DNA from: a virus
Virus record (IMG/VR): IMGVR_UViG_3300025849_002481
Span: 1-64,000 of that record
DNA length: 64,000 nt
Direction: 5' to 3' (one strand)
Part shown: in pieces, positions 30,974 through 41,235 of the stretch
Numbering within the stretch: position 1 is the stretch's first letter
How the letters are laid out: each line of letters starts with the position of its first letter
Program-made: the position numbers and the translations under genes
Notes under the pieces: generated by a model
Databases searched by the model: none
Told to the model about the DNA's origin: nothing
The model's input: only the letters and a program-made list of their open reading frames with translations

Positions 30974-32554
30974 ATGGCAGCATCATTAGACGGCGTCTTA
31001 ATTAAGAAGGCAAATAAACAAGAAACATTTACTGAAGAACAGATGCAAGATCTTATGTCTTGTATGGATCCTGACGAAGGGTACTTACACTTTGCACGAC
31101 ATTTTGCTTTCATTCAACATCCTGTACAAGGTAAACTTATGTTTGATCCTTATGAGTATCAACTACGTTTAATGCACAGTTATCACAACTATCGCTTTAA
31201 TATTAACATGATGCCTAGACAAACAGGCAAAACTACGTGTGCTAGTATCTATCTAGCATGGTATGCAATGTTTAATCCAGATCAAACTATCCTAGTAGCG
31301 GCGCACAAGTATACAGGCGCACAAGAAATTATGTCACGTATACGTTATGTATATGAAACTTGTCCTGATCATATTAGAGCAGGTGTTACATCATACAACA
31401 AACAATCAATTGAATTCGAAAATGGATCACGTATTGTTGCACAGACAACAACAGGCAATACAGGACGTGGTATGTCAATCTCGCTACTATACTGTGACGA
31501 GTTTGCATTTGTGCAACCTAACATCGCGGAAGAGTTTTGGACATCAATATCACCTACACTAGCAACTGGTGGTCGTGCTATTATTACAAGTACGCCAAAC
31601 AGTGATGAAGATACATTTGCTACTATTTGGAAACAAGCTGAAGAAAAGTTTGATGCGCATGGCAACGAACAAGAACTAGGTATAAACGGCTTCCATAGTT
31701 TTGTTGCACAATGGGACGAACATCCAGACAGAGATGAAGAATGGAAGACAGAAGAAATCGGACGCATCGGAGAAGAAAAGTTTAGACGTGAATATGGTTG
31801 TGAATTCTTAGTATTTGATGAAACATTAATTAATTCAATTAAACTTGCTGTTATGGAGGGCGGAAAACCTGCTCTTAATATGGGACAAACACGCTGGTAT
31901 AAAAAACCAACTAATCAATACACATATTGTGTAGCACTTGATCCTAGTATGGGTACAGGTGGAGATAATGCTGCTATACAAGTATTTGAATTACCTAGTT
32001 ACGAACAAGTAGCTGAATGGCAACACAACCAAACAGCAATACCTGGACAGGTAAGAGTACTTGCAGATATATGTAAATATCTTGAACAAGAAACTAAGAA
32101 CACAAACGGAATATATTGGAGTGTCGAAAACAACGGCATTGGCGAAGCAGCTTTGCTTGTTATTAATGACTTTGGTGAAGAAAATATACCCGGACTGTTT
32201 GTAAGTGAACCAATGCGTAAAGGACATGTTAGAAAATTCCGTAAAGGATTTAATACTACACACAGTACTAAAATTACAGCATGTAGTCGATTAAAAACTA
32301 TGATCGAAAATGATAAAATGGTAATACATAGCAAACCTTTAATATCAGAACTTAAAGGATTTGTTGCAACAGGATCAAGCTATCAAGCAAAAAGTGGTAT
32401 GGGTGACGACTTAGTAAGCGCAACATTACTTGCTATTAGAATGATGAGTGTTCTTAAAGATTGGGATCCTAGAGTTTATAGTACGTTTAATCAAGCAGAA
32501 GATTTAGAAGATTACGAGCCGCCCATGCCTATCTTTATTAGTAGTAACTATTGA
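30974..32554 (+). CDS. Terminase large subunit (gp17-like)
   Basis: PRQTGKT Walker A, LYCDEFAF Walker B, ITSTPN, ALDPS.G.G.D, ENN, DDLV. Confidence 0.97.
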   Translation: MAASLDGVLIKKANKQETFTEEQMQDLMSCMDPDEGYLHFARHFAFIQHPVQGKLMFDPYEYQLRLMHSYHNYRFNINMMPRQTGKTTCASIYLAWYAMFNPDQTILVAAHKYTGAQEIMSRIRYVYETCPDHIRAGVTSYNKQSIEFENGSRIVAQTTTGNTGRGMSISLLYCDEFAFVQPNIAEEFWTSISPTLATGGRAIITSTPNSDEDTFATIWKQAEEKFDAHGNEQELGINGFHSFVAQWDEHPDRDEEWKTEEIGRIGEEKFRREYGCEFLVFDETLINSIKLAVMEGGKPALNMGQTRWYKKPTNQYTYCVALDPSMGTGGDNAAIQVFELPSYEQVAEWQHNQTAIPGQVRVLADICKYLEQETKNTNGIYWSVENNGIGEAALLVINDFGEENIPGLFVSEPMRKGHVRKFRKGFNTTHSTKITACSRLKTMIENDKMVIHSKPLISELKGFVATGSSYQAKSGMGDDLVSATLLAIRMMSVLKDWDPRVYSTFNQAEDLEDYEPPMPIFISSNY

Positions 32555-32565
32555 TAAATACTAGC

Positions 32566-34743
32566 ATGAAGAACTTAGAGAATATAGCAGAAGATCTATT
32601 CAATAAAATACGTGGACGTTTTCCTAGTGTTACTATTGGTAGTGACGAAGGAAAAGTTACTAATATACCTACTGAAGCACGGTATTATGATTTTGAATAT
32701 AAAGAAGGCGGACGCTCATTAGGTAAAGTAAGTGTTAGCCTAGATGAAAAGAGTATATCTGTTATGTATAGCAACGACTTTGTTGCAAACGAAGATCAAA
32801 TGACACAGGATAACTGGTACAATTTTTTAAAAGAACTAAGACAGTTTAGCAAAAAAAGATTGTTAAATTTTGATACAAGAAACATTACTAAGTCTAATTT
32901 AGATCGAAGAGATTACAAATTTTTAGCATTAACTCGTACCGGGGAAGATCAGATGACAGAATCAACAATGTATGGAACTAGCAGATCTAGTTTCCAAAAT
33001 ATAGGAAGTGCAAGAGTAAGCATTAAGCACAATGCTCCTGTAAATCAAGAAAATGCCGTAGATAGAACTAGACACATCAGTGCAATATATGTAGAAAATA
33101 ATGACGGTGAAAAATTTAAGTATCCATATAAACATCTAACTGGAGCAAGAGCAATGGCAAGACACGTTGCTGAAGGCGGAGCACCGTATGATGACTTTGG
33201 AACACACATTGTTAGTATGTCAGAAGAATTAAGTAAGTTACGTAAATTTAAAACTTACATGGGTCGTTCAAGTGTAATGGCCGAAGGATTAGATGGATAT
33301 GTTGAAGCTGTTTCAGAAAGAATGGCAACAATACGTAAATCATTAAAAAGTCTTCAACGTGAAAATTATTACAAAGAAACATTTGAAGCATTTGAAAAAC
33401 CAATGATGGAAGAAGTTCCTACTGACGTTGCTGAAAATTGGATTGATCAACTTACTATTCGTCAGTTTAACGAAGAACTAGCAGATGTATTTCCGTACAT
33501 ATACAAACTAGTAAGTGAAGTAAACAAAGCAAAAGAATTAGGACCAGAAGATTTATTAGGTGAAGACGAACAAGCAATGCCTGATCCATCTGATGATGAT
33601 ATGGATATTCGTCATAAAGGAAATATGGATAACGTTCGAGGTCCTGCAGGAACAGTTAAAATACGTGCAGGTATGACAATATTTGGTATTGCAAAAGCAT
33701 TGAATCATCAAAATAACATGGGCGGAGATGTACAAGCGTTTGTAAAAGATATCTTAGATTATAATAAAATAACAGATCCAACAGCAATACAAGTAGGTCA
33801 AGTTATAAAGATTCCATATTCAATGGGTACAGGACCAAGTGGTGCAAGCAGAGGAATGCCGCCAATGGGGTTCACAGCATATGAAGATGAAATTGAATCA
33901 GCATTTGAAGAACTGATGGGTCAATTCTCAGAAACTACATGTGAAGACTGTGGCAACCAAAGCTGGACTACACTAGGTATGACTGAAGAAGAAATTGAAG
34001 AAGGCGAACAACACGGTAACAGTAAAATTTACGACAAGTGTTGGAAAGGCTATTCAAGAGTTCCAGGCACAACAGCAGGTGAACCAGGTAGTTGTAAAAA
34101 GAACGAAGGCGATGAGATTAACAGACCAGACGGCGAAAAGATTAAATTAGAAAAAGATGAACAAAAGACTCCATTAGGAGAGTTTATTCTTAGTTACTTT
34201 GATTACACAACAGGACAGTTTCCAAAAGGTGAAACAGCAATCCTTACTATGGTAGAAAAGGATTATGGTGAACACTTTATTGAACCTGCAAAGCAATTCC
34301 TAGAAAAGATTAACAATCGTGTATCAGAAGTAATGGGTTACAGAGAAGAAGAAATGGAATCTACAGAAGCACCAGTTGAAGAAAGTTTAGATGATGAGTT
34401 TGCACCAGAAAGAGTAAAAGCATCAACAATACAAACTTTGGTTAAAATTAATGATCGTATGAAAGGTAATACAAAAAAAGGTTCACCTGATTATGAAAAA
34501 TTAACTTTTGATTTAGGGCAAAAAATTCATGATTTAGATATGGCAGGATATAGTTATGAAATAGAGCCTATCGAACAATTATTTAATGCAATGGATAATG
34601 GTGAAGATACAGTTACTATGGATATGTTAAAGAAAGCCTATAATACTGTAATAAATTTACCAGAAAAAACAAATGCTGAAGAAGAAGTAGACAATACACT
34701 TGACGTTAGCCAAACAGATTTATACAGATTAGCAGGGCTATAA
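32566..34743 (+). CDS. Glu-rich virion/prohead-core-like protein with an internal LysM-like domain
   Basis: VKIRAGMTIFGIAK...ILDYNKITDPTAIQVGQVIKIP; CWKGY motif; C-terminal LYRLAGL. Confidence 0.6.
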   Translation: MKNLENIAEDLFNKIRGRFPSVTIGSDEGKVTNIPTEARYYDFEYKEGGRSLGKVSVSLDEKSISVMYSNDFVANEDQMTQDNWYNFLKELRQFSKKRLLNFDTRNITKSNLDRRDYKFLALTRTGEDQMTESTMYGTSRSSFQNIGSARVSIKHNAPVNQENAVDRTRHISAIYVENNDGEKFKYPYKHLTGARAMARHVAEGGAPYDDFGTHIVSMSEELSKLRKFKTYMGRSSVMAEGLDGYVEAVSERMATIRKSLKSLQRENYYKETFEAFEKPMMEEVPTDVAENWIDQLTIRQFNEELADVFPYIYKLVSEVNKAKELGPEDLLGEDEQAMPDPSDDDMDIRHKGNMDNVRGPAGTVKIRAGMTIFGIAKALNHQNNMGGDVQAFVKDILDYNKITDPTAIQVGQVIKIPYSMGTGPSGASRGMPPMGFTAYEDEIESAFEELMGQFSETTCEDCGNQSWTTLGMTEEEIEEGEQHGNSKIYDKCWKGYSRVPGTTAGEPGSCKKNEGDEINRPDGEKIKLEKDEQKTPLGEFILSYFDYTTGQFPKGETAILTMVEKDYGEHFIEPAKQFLEKINNRVSEVMGYREEEMESTEAPVEESLDDEFAPERVKASTIQTLVKINDRMKGNTKKGSPDYEKLTFDLGQKIHDLDMAGYSYEIEPIEQLFNAMDNGEDTVTMDMLKKAYNTVINLPEKTNAEEEVDNTLDVSQTDLYRLAGL

Positions 34744-34785
34744 TAGTCCTACTATAAGTTTTTTAAGTTTTTCTTCCAAAAAGAC

Positions 34786-34814
34786 TTGACAAAGTTTGTA
34801 GAATAGCATATAAT
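34786..34814 (+). promoter_or_regulatory. Sigma70-type promoter for the SSB gene
   Basis: TTGACA-17 bp-TATAAT. Confidence 0.85.
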
Positions 34815-34894
34815 AAAAACTGTGCTACAAACAAAAAGGCACTGTAGCAATGTAGCTACAAAACAGACATAGGCATTTATAGGAGGCACAAACT

Positions 34895-35887
34895 ATGGCA
34901 TCATTAGCAGAAATCCGAGCGAAGCTCAAAGAGCAAGAAGCGAACAGCGGAGGTGGAAACCGCGGACCACAAGGTCCAAACCCAATTTACCCATTTTGGA
35001 ATATCAAGGAAGGCGAGTCGGCAACGATGCGTTTCTTACCTGATGGCGATCAAGACAGCACTTTCTTTTGGAAAGAACGTTTGATGATCAAACTTCCATT
35101 TGCAGGTATTAAGGGTCAAACTGACTCACGTCCAACACAAGTACAAATTCCATGTATGGAAATGTATGGTGAAACATGTAATATTCTTAACGAAGTACGT
35201 GGTTGGTTTAAAGATCCAAGTCTAGAAGACATGGGTCGTAAGTATTGGAAGAAGCGTTCATACATCTTCCAAGGATTTGTTACAGATAATCCATTAGCTG
35301 ATGATCAAGCACCTGAGAATCCAATTAGACGTTTTATTATTGGTCCACAGATTTTCCAAATTATTAAAGCGGCTCTTATGGATCCTGACATGGAAGAATT
35401 GCCAACTGATTATACAGCTGGTGTTGACTTCCGTCTTAACAAAACATCAAAAGGTGGTTATGCAGACTATGGCACAAGTAATTGGGCACGTAGAGAGCGT
35501 CCATTAAGTGATACTGAGATGCAAGCTGTTAATACACATGGCTTGTTTAATCTAAGTGACTTTTTACCTAAGAAGCCAGGCGAAGTTGAAATCAAAGTAA
35601 TGCAAGAAATGTTTGAGGCGTCAGTAGACGGTGAAGCATTTGATGCAGATCGTTGGGGTAGTTACTTCCGTCCTGCAGGTATGCAAGCACGTACAGGTGA
35701 TCCGACTAAAGCTGCAAGCCCACAAGCAACAGCAACTAGTCAAAGCGCACCGGTTACACAGCCAGAAGCAACTCCGGCTCCAGTAGCAGAAACAGCACCA
35801 GCACCGGCACCAGAAGCGGCACCAGCGGCTTCGAATGAAGGCAATGCAAGTGACATTCTAGCAATGATTAGAGCACGTCAAAGTTAA
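34895..35887 (+). CDS. Single-stranded DNA-binding protein (T4 gp32-like)
   Basis: MRFLPD, YWKKRSY, GPQIF, DY..G.DF.L.K...GGYADY..S; SD AGGAGG. Confidence 0.9.
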   Translation: MASLAEIRAKLKEQEANSGGGNRGPQGPNPIYPFWNIKEGESATMRFLPDGDQDSTFFWKERLMIKLPFAGIKGQTDSRPTQVQIPCMEMYGETCNILNEVRGWFKDPSLEDMGRKYWKKRSYIFQGFVTDNPLADDQAPENPIRRFIIGPQIFQIIKAALMDPDMEELPTDYTAGVDFRLNKTSKGGYADYGTSNWARRERPLSDTEMQAVNTHGLFNLSDFLPKKPGEVEIKVMQEMFEASVDGEAFDADRWGSYFRPAGMQARTGDPTKAASPQATATSQSAPVTQPEATPAPVAETAPAPAPEAAPAASNEGNASDILAMIRARQS

Positions 35888-35899
35888 TAAAAGCATACT

Positions 35900-35934
35900 A
35901 AAAGGGTTGCTTTTACAAGATTGCAACCCTTTTT
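35900..35934 (+). terminator. Rho-independent terminator/attenuator between the SSB gene and uvsX
   Basis: AAAAGGGTTGC-12 nt-GCAACCCTTTTT. Confidence 0.75.
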
Positions 35935-35965
35935 AGTTGCCCAACTTTTAAAACAGGAGAAAAAT

Positions 35966-37060
35966 ATGGCTAAATCGTTTGATGTTAGTAAGTTCCGTAA
36001 GGACTTGACTAAAAGTATCTCAGGCATGAGTAGTGGCTTTAACGATCCTACAGATTGGATCTCAACAGGCTCATATGCACTAAACTATCTTATTAGTGGT
36101 GACTTCCACAGAGGTGTTCCGCTAGGCAAAGTAACAGTGTTTGCAGGAGAATCTGGCGCAGGTAAAAGTTATTTCTGTGCAGGTAACATTGTAAAACACG
36201 CACAAGATCAAGGTATCTTTGTAGTATTAATTGACTCAGAGAATGCACTTGACGAGAGCTGGCTACAAGCTCTTGATGTTGACACAGGAGAAGACAAACT
36301 TCTCAAACTTAATATGTCAATGATCGATGATGTAGCAAAAACTATTAGTACATTTATGGCAGACTACAAAGCAATGGATGAAGAAGATCGTCCTAAAGTA
36401 TTGTTTGTAGTTGACAGTTTAGGTATGCTACTAACACCAACAGATGTTGATCAGTTTAACAAGGGTGATATGAAAGGTGACATGGGTCGTAAGCCTAAAG
36501 CACTAACTTCACTTGTACGTAATACTGTTAACATGATTGGTAGTTACAACGTAGGCTTAGTATGTACTAACCACACATATGCATCACAAGATATGTTTGA
36601 CCCAGATGACAAGATCAGTGGCGGACAAGGCTTTATCTATGCATCGAGTATTGTTGTTGCAATGAAAAAGATGAAACTAAAAGAAGATGAAGCTGGTAAT
36701 AAGATCAGCGAAGTACGTGGTATTAGAGCAGGTTGTAAAGTAATGAAAACTCGTTATGCAAAACCGTTCGAAGGCGTACAAGTAAAGATTCCATACGAAA
36801 CAGGTATGAATCCTTACAGCGGTCTTATTGAATTATTCGAGAAGAAAGACTTGTTGGTAAAACAAGGTAACAGACTCAAGTATATTGATCTAGCTGGTGA
36901 AGAACATCTCGATTATCGTAAGGCATGGATGGAACCGTCTAAGATGAATATGATTATGTCGGAATACAATGAGAAATTGGCACCTGTGGTAAATACCTCT
37001 GATGACGTTGTAGAGGATGACGTCGAACTTATAGATGAAAACTTAATAACAGAGGAATAG
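35966..37060 (+). CDS. uvsX: RecA-like recombinase
   Basis: AGESGAGKS, DSENA, VVDSLG, NHTY, SGGQG..YASS, KTRY; SD AGGAG; start MAKSFD. Confidence 0.93.
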   Translation: MAKSFDVSKFRKDLTKSISGMSSGFNDPTDWISTGSYALNYLISGDFHRGVPLGKVTVFAGESGAGKSYFCAGNIVKHAQDQGIFVVLIDSENALDESWLQALDVDTGEDKLLKLNMSMIDDVAKTISTFMADYKAMDEEDRPKVLFVVDSLGMLLTPTDVDQFNKGDMKGDMGRKPKALTSLVRNTVNMIGSYNVGLVCTNHTYASQDMFDPDDKISGGQGFIYASSIVVAMKKMKLKEDEAGNKISEVRGIRAGCKVMKTRYAKPFEGVQVKIPYETGMNPYSGLIELFEKKDLLVKQGNRLKYIDLAGEEHLDYRKAWMEPSKMNMIMSEYNEKLAPVVNTSDDVVEDDVELIDENLITEE

Positions 37061-37065
37061 ATAGT

Positions 37066-37299
37066 ATGGATGACGAGCAAATTGTTGATATTTGGACATC
37101 TTTGAAAGAGTACTTAGATAAAAAACATGTTGAAATGGCTGCAGAAAAGTATGTCGACTTAATGGCAGACTATGGCGTTAATGACGAAACTTTTCAACAA
37201 TGCTTTGGGCATTGTTATACCTTAGATAATGCTATTAAATATTATTTAGATTTAGATAATGAAGATGATCTCGACGAAGAATCTGAATGGGATGAATAA
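37066..37299 (+). CDS. Small acidic hypothetical protein
   Basis: SD GAGGA; TAATG-coupled to uvsY. Confidence 0.6.
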   Translation: MDDEQIVDIWTSLKEYLDKKHVEMAAEKYVDLMADYGVNDETFQQCFGHCYTLDNAIKYYLDLDNEDDLDEESEWDE

Positions 37300-37754
37300 T
37301 GGGTTGGTATAGCGAAGTATCTAGAGACGTTTCTAAAATACCTAGTGCTGTAGCTTTCTTTGAAAACGAGTTACTTGATGCTCGTCAAGAAGTAAAACTT
37401 AAAGGTAATGTTGAACGTGCCGCGGCAGAAATGCCCGGTATCGTTGAGCATCGTTTCAATCAGCTTCAAGAAATTGAAGCTATACTAAACTATCTAAATA
37501 TTGAGCTACGCAGATTGCGTAGTTCATACTTTAAGAAATATCTTGAAAATTATCAACGAGCTCTGTCAAGCCGTGACGTTGAAAAATACGTTGACGGTGA
37601 GGCAGACGTTGTTGACTATGAAAAGATTATCAACGAGTTTGCACTAATGCGTAACAAGTGGTTAGGCTTACTAAAAGGGCTTGACCAGAAGCAATGGCAA
37701 ATTACTAATGTTGTAAAACTTAGAGTAGCTGGTATGGAGGACGCAAGTCTTTGA
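37299..37754 (+). CDS. uvsY: Recombination mediator
   Basis: Helical; YL.NY.RALSSRDVEKYVDGE, K.LDQKQWQI.N..KLR.AG; follows uvsX. Confidence 0.8.
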   Translation: MGWYSEVSRDVSKIPSAVAFFENELLDARQEVKLKGNVERAAAEMPGIVEHRFNQLQEIEAILNYLNIELRRLRSSYFKKYLENYQRALSSRDVEKYVDGEADVVDYEKIINEFALMRNKWLGLLKGLDQKQWQITNVVKLRVAGMEDASL

Positions 37755-38428
37755 TAAAAAGTTTTATCATACGACTAGAAGAAAATGAACATTCAAGTCA
37801 AATGGCAGAAGAGTGTTTATTACAGGCTGTTAAACACGGCCTTCGTCCATCATATTACAAAGCAATAAACGGCAACGACTTCCAACATCACTATAATACA
37901 ACAAAGATAAAAAAACAAGGAAAATTTAAAAAAGGTCGACTAGGTGTCATTGGTTGTTTCTTTAGTCATTATTATCTATGGCAGACTTGTGTACAATTAA
38001 ATGAACCTATTATTATTTTAGAACATGACGGCTATTTAATTAGACCAATCGACGATACAATATTAAATCAATTTGATGATGTATTAAAACTAGATAGACT
38101 AGATCCATATAGTAAAAATTACGAATTTGACTTAGAAGACGAAAAACATTTAGATATTACAGTCGAACCGTATACTAATGATCCTACAAAGGTATTAAAG
38201 CAAGGACTTAAAGATTATTTTAAAGGCGCATATTCTTATATAATAAAACCACATGCCGCTATAAAACTTATACGATATATTCAGGTTAATGGTCACAGAC
38301 CAGCTGATCAACAAATTAATGCAACTATAGTTAAACTTCAAACAACAGTGCCTACAGTTGCTAGATTGCATCCTTATTATGCCATCGGTAATAATATAGA
38401 TACAGCGAGCCTCACGAGAAACTTATGA
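37751..38428 (+). CDS. Glycosyltransferase family 25
   Basis: IGCFFSHYYLW, IILEHD, GAYSYII.P.AA.KL, PAD. Confidence 0.85.
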   Translation: MIKSFIIRLEENEHSSQMAEECLLQAVKHGLRPSYYKAINGNDFQHHYNTTKIKKQGKFKKGRLGVIGCFFSHYYLWQTCVQLNEPIIILEHDGYLIRPIDDTILNQFDDVLKLDRLDPYSKNYEFDLEDEKHLDITVEPYTNDPTKVLKQGLKDYFKGAYSYIIKPHAAIKLIRYIQVNGHRPADQQINATIVKLQTTVPTVARLHPYYAIGNNIDTASLTRNL

Positions 38429-39351
38429 TAATAACCGGGTTTAAACAAATTGTAAAAAATAAAATAGAACAATTTGAATCCGGAGTTAGACGACATCGTG
38501 ATAGTTATTTCTCTACAAAATATAATCTAAATAAAAATTATAATACAGATTGTTTTGTACAGTTTAATATTTACAATCCTTATCTTACTTACAATAGACA
38601 AGATAAAGTTGATGCTTACAAATATGTATTAAGTACCAATCTTCCGTTTCTTGTATGCGAAGAAGGTGCTATGCGACAGCTACCAACTTATAAAAGATGG
38701 GGCTGGACTAGTTATAAAAATGGTATTGGTAAATTTAATAATACTAATGTAGACGATAGTCGTTGGTTAAAAATACAAAAAGAAAATAATCTTAACTTTA
38801 TTGATTGGCACAGTCCTGGTGATAACATTTTAATAATGGGACAATTAGAAGGCGATAGTGCATTAATAGAAATGTATGATGCTGGTTATAAATCTTTTGA
38901 CGATTATATTATAGAACAAATAAAACAAATACGCAAACATACTGAACGTCCTATAGTTGTTCGACTACATCCTCTTGGTAGTAAAGCATTATACGAAAAA
39001 GAAGAATATTTAAATAGTACATATAAAAATGTTAGTATGAGTAAAAATTATAATTCTACAACAACACTTAATGGCGGCCTAGGATTAAAAGAAGATTTTG
39101 ATAACGCATATTGCGTAGTCACATATAGTAGTAACAGTTGTGTAGAAGCCATTGAACAAGGTATACCTGTGTTTACATTAAGTAGCACTTCTTCAGCATA
39201 TGACATTGGTCATAAATGTTTTTCACAGATTGAAAATCTTGATTATAATATACAAATAAATACTTGGTGCAATAAGATTGCGTATACTATATGGAATAAT
39301 GAAGAAATCGCTAACGGCGACATGTGGGAACATTTAAGGATAACAAAATGA
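38425..39351 (+). CDS. KpsS/GT107-like (beta-Kdo-transferase-like) glycosyltransferase
   Basis: GQLEGD (QxxxD), VVRLHP, VTYSSNSCVEAIEQGIPVF. Confidence 0.65.
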   Translation: MIITGFKQIVKNKIEQFESGVRRHRDSYFSTKYNLNKNYNTDCFVQFNIYNPYLTYNRQDKVDAYKYVLSTNLPFLVCEEGAMRQLPTYKRWGWTSYKNGIGKFNNTNVDDSRWLKIQKENNLNFIDWHSPGDNILIMGQLEGDSALIEMYDAGYKSFDDYIIEQIKQIRKHTERPIVVRLHPLGSKALYEKEEYLNSTYKNVSMSKNYNSTTTLNGGLGLKEDFDNAYCVVTYSSNSCVEAIEQGIPVFTLSSTSSAYDIGHKCFSQIENLDYNIQINTWCNKIAYTIWNNEEIANGDMWEHLRITK

Positions 39352-39890
39352 CATTACCAAATCACCTAGGCGGGCATATGGGCATCACACATGTTGATCG
39401 TGGCATATTACAATACTTCAAATCTAAAGGATGTCAAACTTATCTAGACATTGGATGCGGCCCAGGAGGTATGCTTGATGAAGCATATAATCTTGGTTAT
39501 TATATTCAAGGTATTGACGGCGACAACACTATTAAAAGAAATTTACCAAACAATGTTGTTATACATGACTTCACTACTGGTCCATACGAATTTCCTTTAA
39601 CATATGACTTAGTTTGGAGTTGCGAGTTTGTTGAACATGTAGAAGAAAAGTTTTTGGATAACTTTATGCGAGTATTCCAAAAAGGCAAAACAGTATGTAT
39701 GACATATGCTCCAGTAGGAAAAAAAGGACATCATCATGTTAATTGTAATACTAAAGAATATTGGATTGATACATTTACACAATATGGATTTGTTTTTAAT
39801 GAAAAACTTACACAGGAAGTAAAACGTCATAGTTCAATGGAGCGTGAGTTTTTTAGAGAATATGGATTAGTGTTTGAATGCGAGCGTTAA
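39348..39890 (+). CDS. Class I SAM methyltransferase
   Basis: LDIGCGPG, GIDGD, YDLVWSCEFVEH, GHHHVNC....YW. Confidence 0.85.
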   Translation: MTLPNHLGGHMGITHVDRGILQYFKSKGCQTYLDIGCGPGGMLDEAYNLGYYIQGIDGDNTIKRNLPNNVVIHDFTTGPYEFPLTYDLVWSCEFVEHVEEKFLDNFMRVFQKGKTVCMTYAPVGKKGHHHVNCNTKEYWIDTFTQYGFVFNEKLTQEVKRHSSMEREFFREYGLVFECER

Positions 39891-40438
39891 TAATTAGTCA
39901 ACCAAAAGCTGGTACATATTTGTGTGCTAATTTGTTACAAGAATTTGGACTTAAATTTAAAGGTATTCATTTAAGTGAATATCAACAGCAACAATACGAT
40001 TTAAGTAACATATATAATTCGTTAATTAATAAAGATGAATACACCGCTACAGAGCATATTTCTACGACTGTTCGACGTATTAGTGATAATCATTTTGCTG
40101 TTACACATCTAAATTATACAGACGAATTTCATTCCTTATTTTTACCATTTAAAAAAATTATTATAACTAGATCAAAAGATGAAATATTACAATCATGGGA
40201 ACGTTTTAGATCAGTACGTAATGGTAAGGGAGAGATTGATATAACTTCTCTTAATCAATATCATTGGCTTGATTATCCTAATACATTTCATTTAACTTTT
40301 AATAATATGATTAATAAAGAGATACCAATTATAGATAACTTACAACAGTTCTTATTTGGTAATATACTACATAATTCTCGTACTTGCATACGTACAGCAT
40401 TAAGTACAAGTTCACTCACAAAGAGTAATATACGTTAA
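39878..40438 (+). CDS. Sulfotransferase-like P-loop protein
   Basis: IISQPKAGTYL resembles the PSB loop; downstream ..H(L), IIITR...E...S, F.LTFNNM. Confidence 0.5.
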   Translation: MRALIISQPKAGTYLCANLLQEFGLKFKGIHLSEYQQQQYDLSNIYNSLINKDEYTATEHISTTVRRISDNHFAVTHLNYTDEFHSLFLPFKKIIITRSKDEILQSWERFRSVRNGKGEIDITSLNQYHWLDYPNTFHLTFNNMINKEIPIIDNLQQFLFGNILHNSRTCIRTALSTSSLTKSNIR

Positions 40439-40458
40439 TTTCCAATATAAATATCTAC

Positions 40459-41235
40459 ATGAAAGTCGTACTAGTAACTGGCGGATTTGATCCACTTCAC
40501 TCAGGTCACATTGAATATTTTAAAGAAGCAAAGAAGCTCGGCGACAAACTTATTGTTGCTGTAAACAGTGATGCTTGGCTAACACGCAAGAAAGGCAGAC
40601 CCTTTATGCCTTTCAAAGAGCGTATTAAAATTATTGAAGCACTTGATATTGTAGACCAAACAACTTATGTTATGAACGATGACAAGCACGATGACGCAGG
40701 CGGAGCAATCTTCCATACATTTGCAACAAACGGCAACATAGAAATTATTTTTGCTAACGGCGGCGACCGTACAAAAGGCCAAGTACCAGAAGAAGAACAA
40801 TGGGGCAAAGATCCTCGTGTAACTTTTGTATACGGAGTTGGCGGAACCAACAAGATGAATTCAAGTAGCTGGATACTAAACGAGTGGAAGGCACCAAAGA
40901 CTGAGCGTACATGGGGGTACTACAGAGTGTTACACGAATACGACAAACATACTAAAGTAAAAGAATTAGCTGTGCCGCCAGGCGGCAAACTATCGATGCA
41001 ACGGCACAAAGAACGTAGTGAGCATTGGTTTGTTGCAGAAGGTACAGCAACAGTATATACATTAGACAGCAGTACAGATGCTGAATTACACGGAGTGTTT
41101 GAACAACATAGAAGTTTACATATACCTGTAGGTATGTGGCATCAACTTACTAACGAACATGATGTTGACTTAAAATTAGTAGAAATACAATACGGAACAA
41201 ATTGCGTGGAGGAAGATATTGAGCGAACCCCTTAA
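40459..41235 (+). CDS. Cytidylyltransferase-like domain fused to a mannose-6-phosphate-isomerase-type cupin
   Basis: TGGFDPLHSGH, VNSD.WL.RKKG, ANGGDR; then RTWGYY, LSMQRH..RSEHW, EIQYG...EEDIER. Confidence 0.85.
   Translation: MKVVLVTGGFDPLHSGHIEYFKEAKKLGDKLIVAVNSDAWLTRKKGRPFMPFKERIKIIEALDIVDQTTYVMNDDKHDDAGGAIFHTFATNGNIEIIFANGGDRTKGQVPEEEQWGKDPRVTFVYGVGGTNKMNSSSWILNEWKAPKTERTWGYYRVLHEYDKHTKVKELAVPPGGKLSMQRHKERSEHWFVAEGTATVYTLDSSTDAELHGVFEQHRSLHIPVGMWHQLTNEHDVDLKLVEIQYGTNCVEEDIERTP

Noticed and set aside
30974-37060. Inteins or introns in TerL, UvsX (also UvsW, primase, helicase)
   Set aside because: The proteins are of normal length with contiguous motifs.
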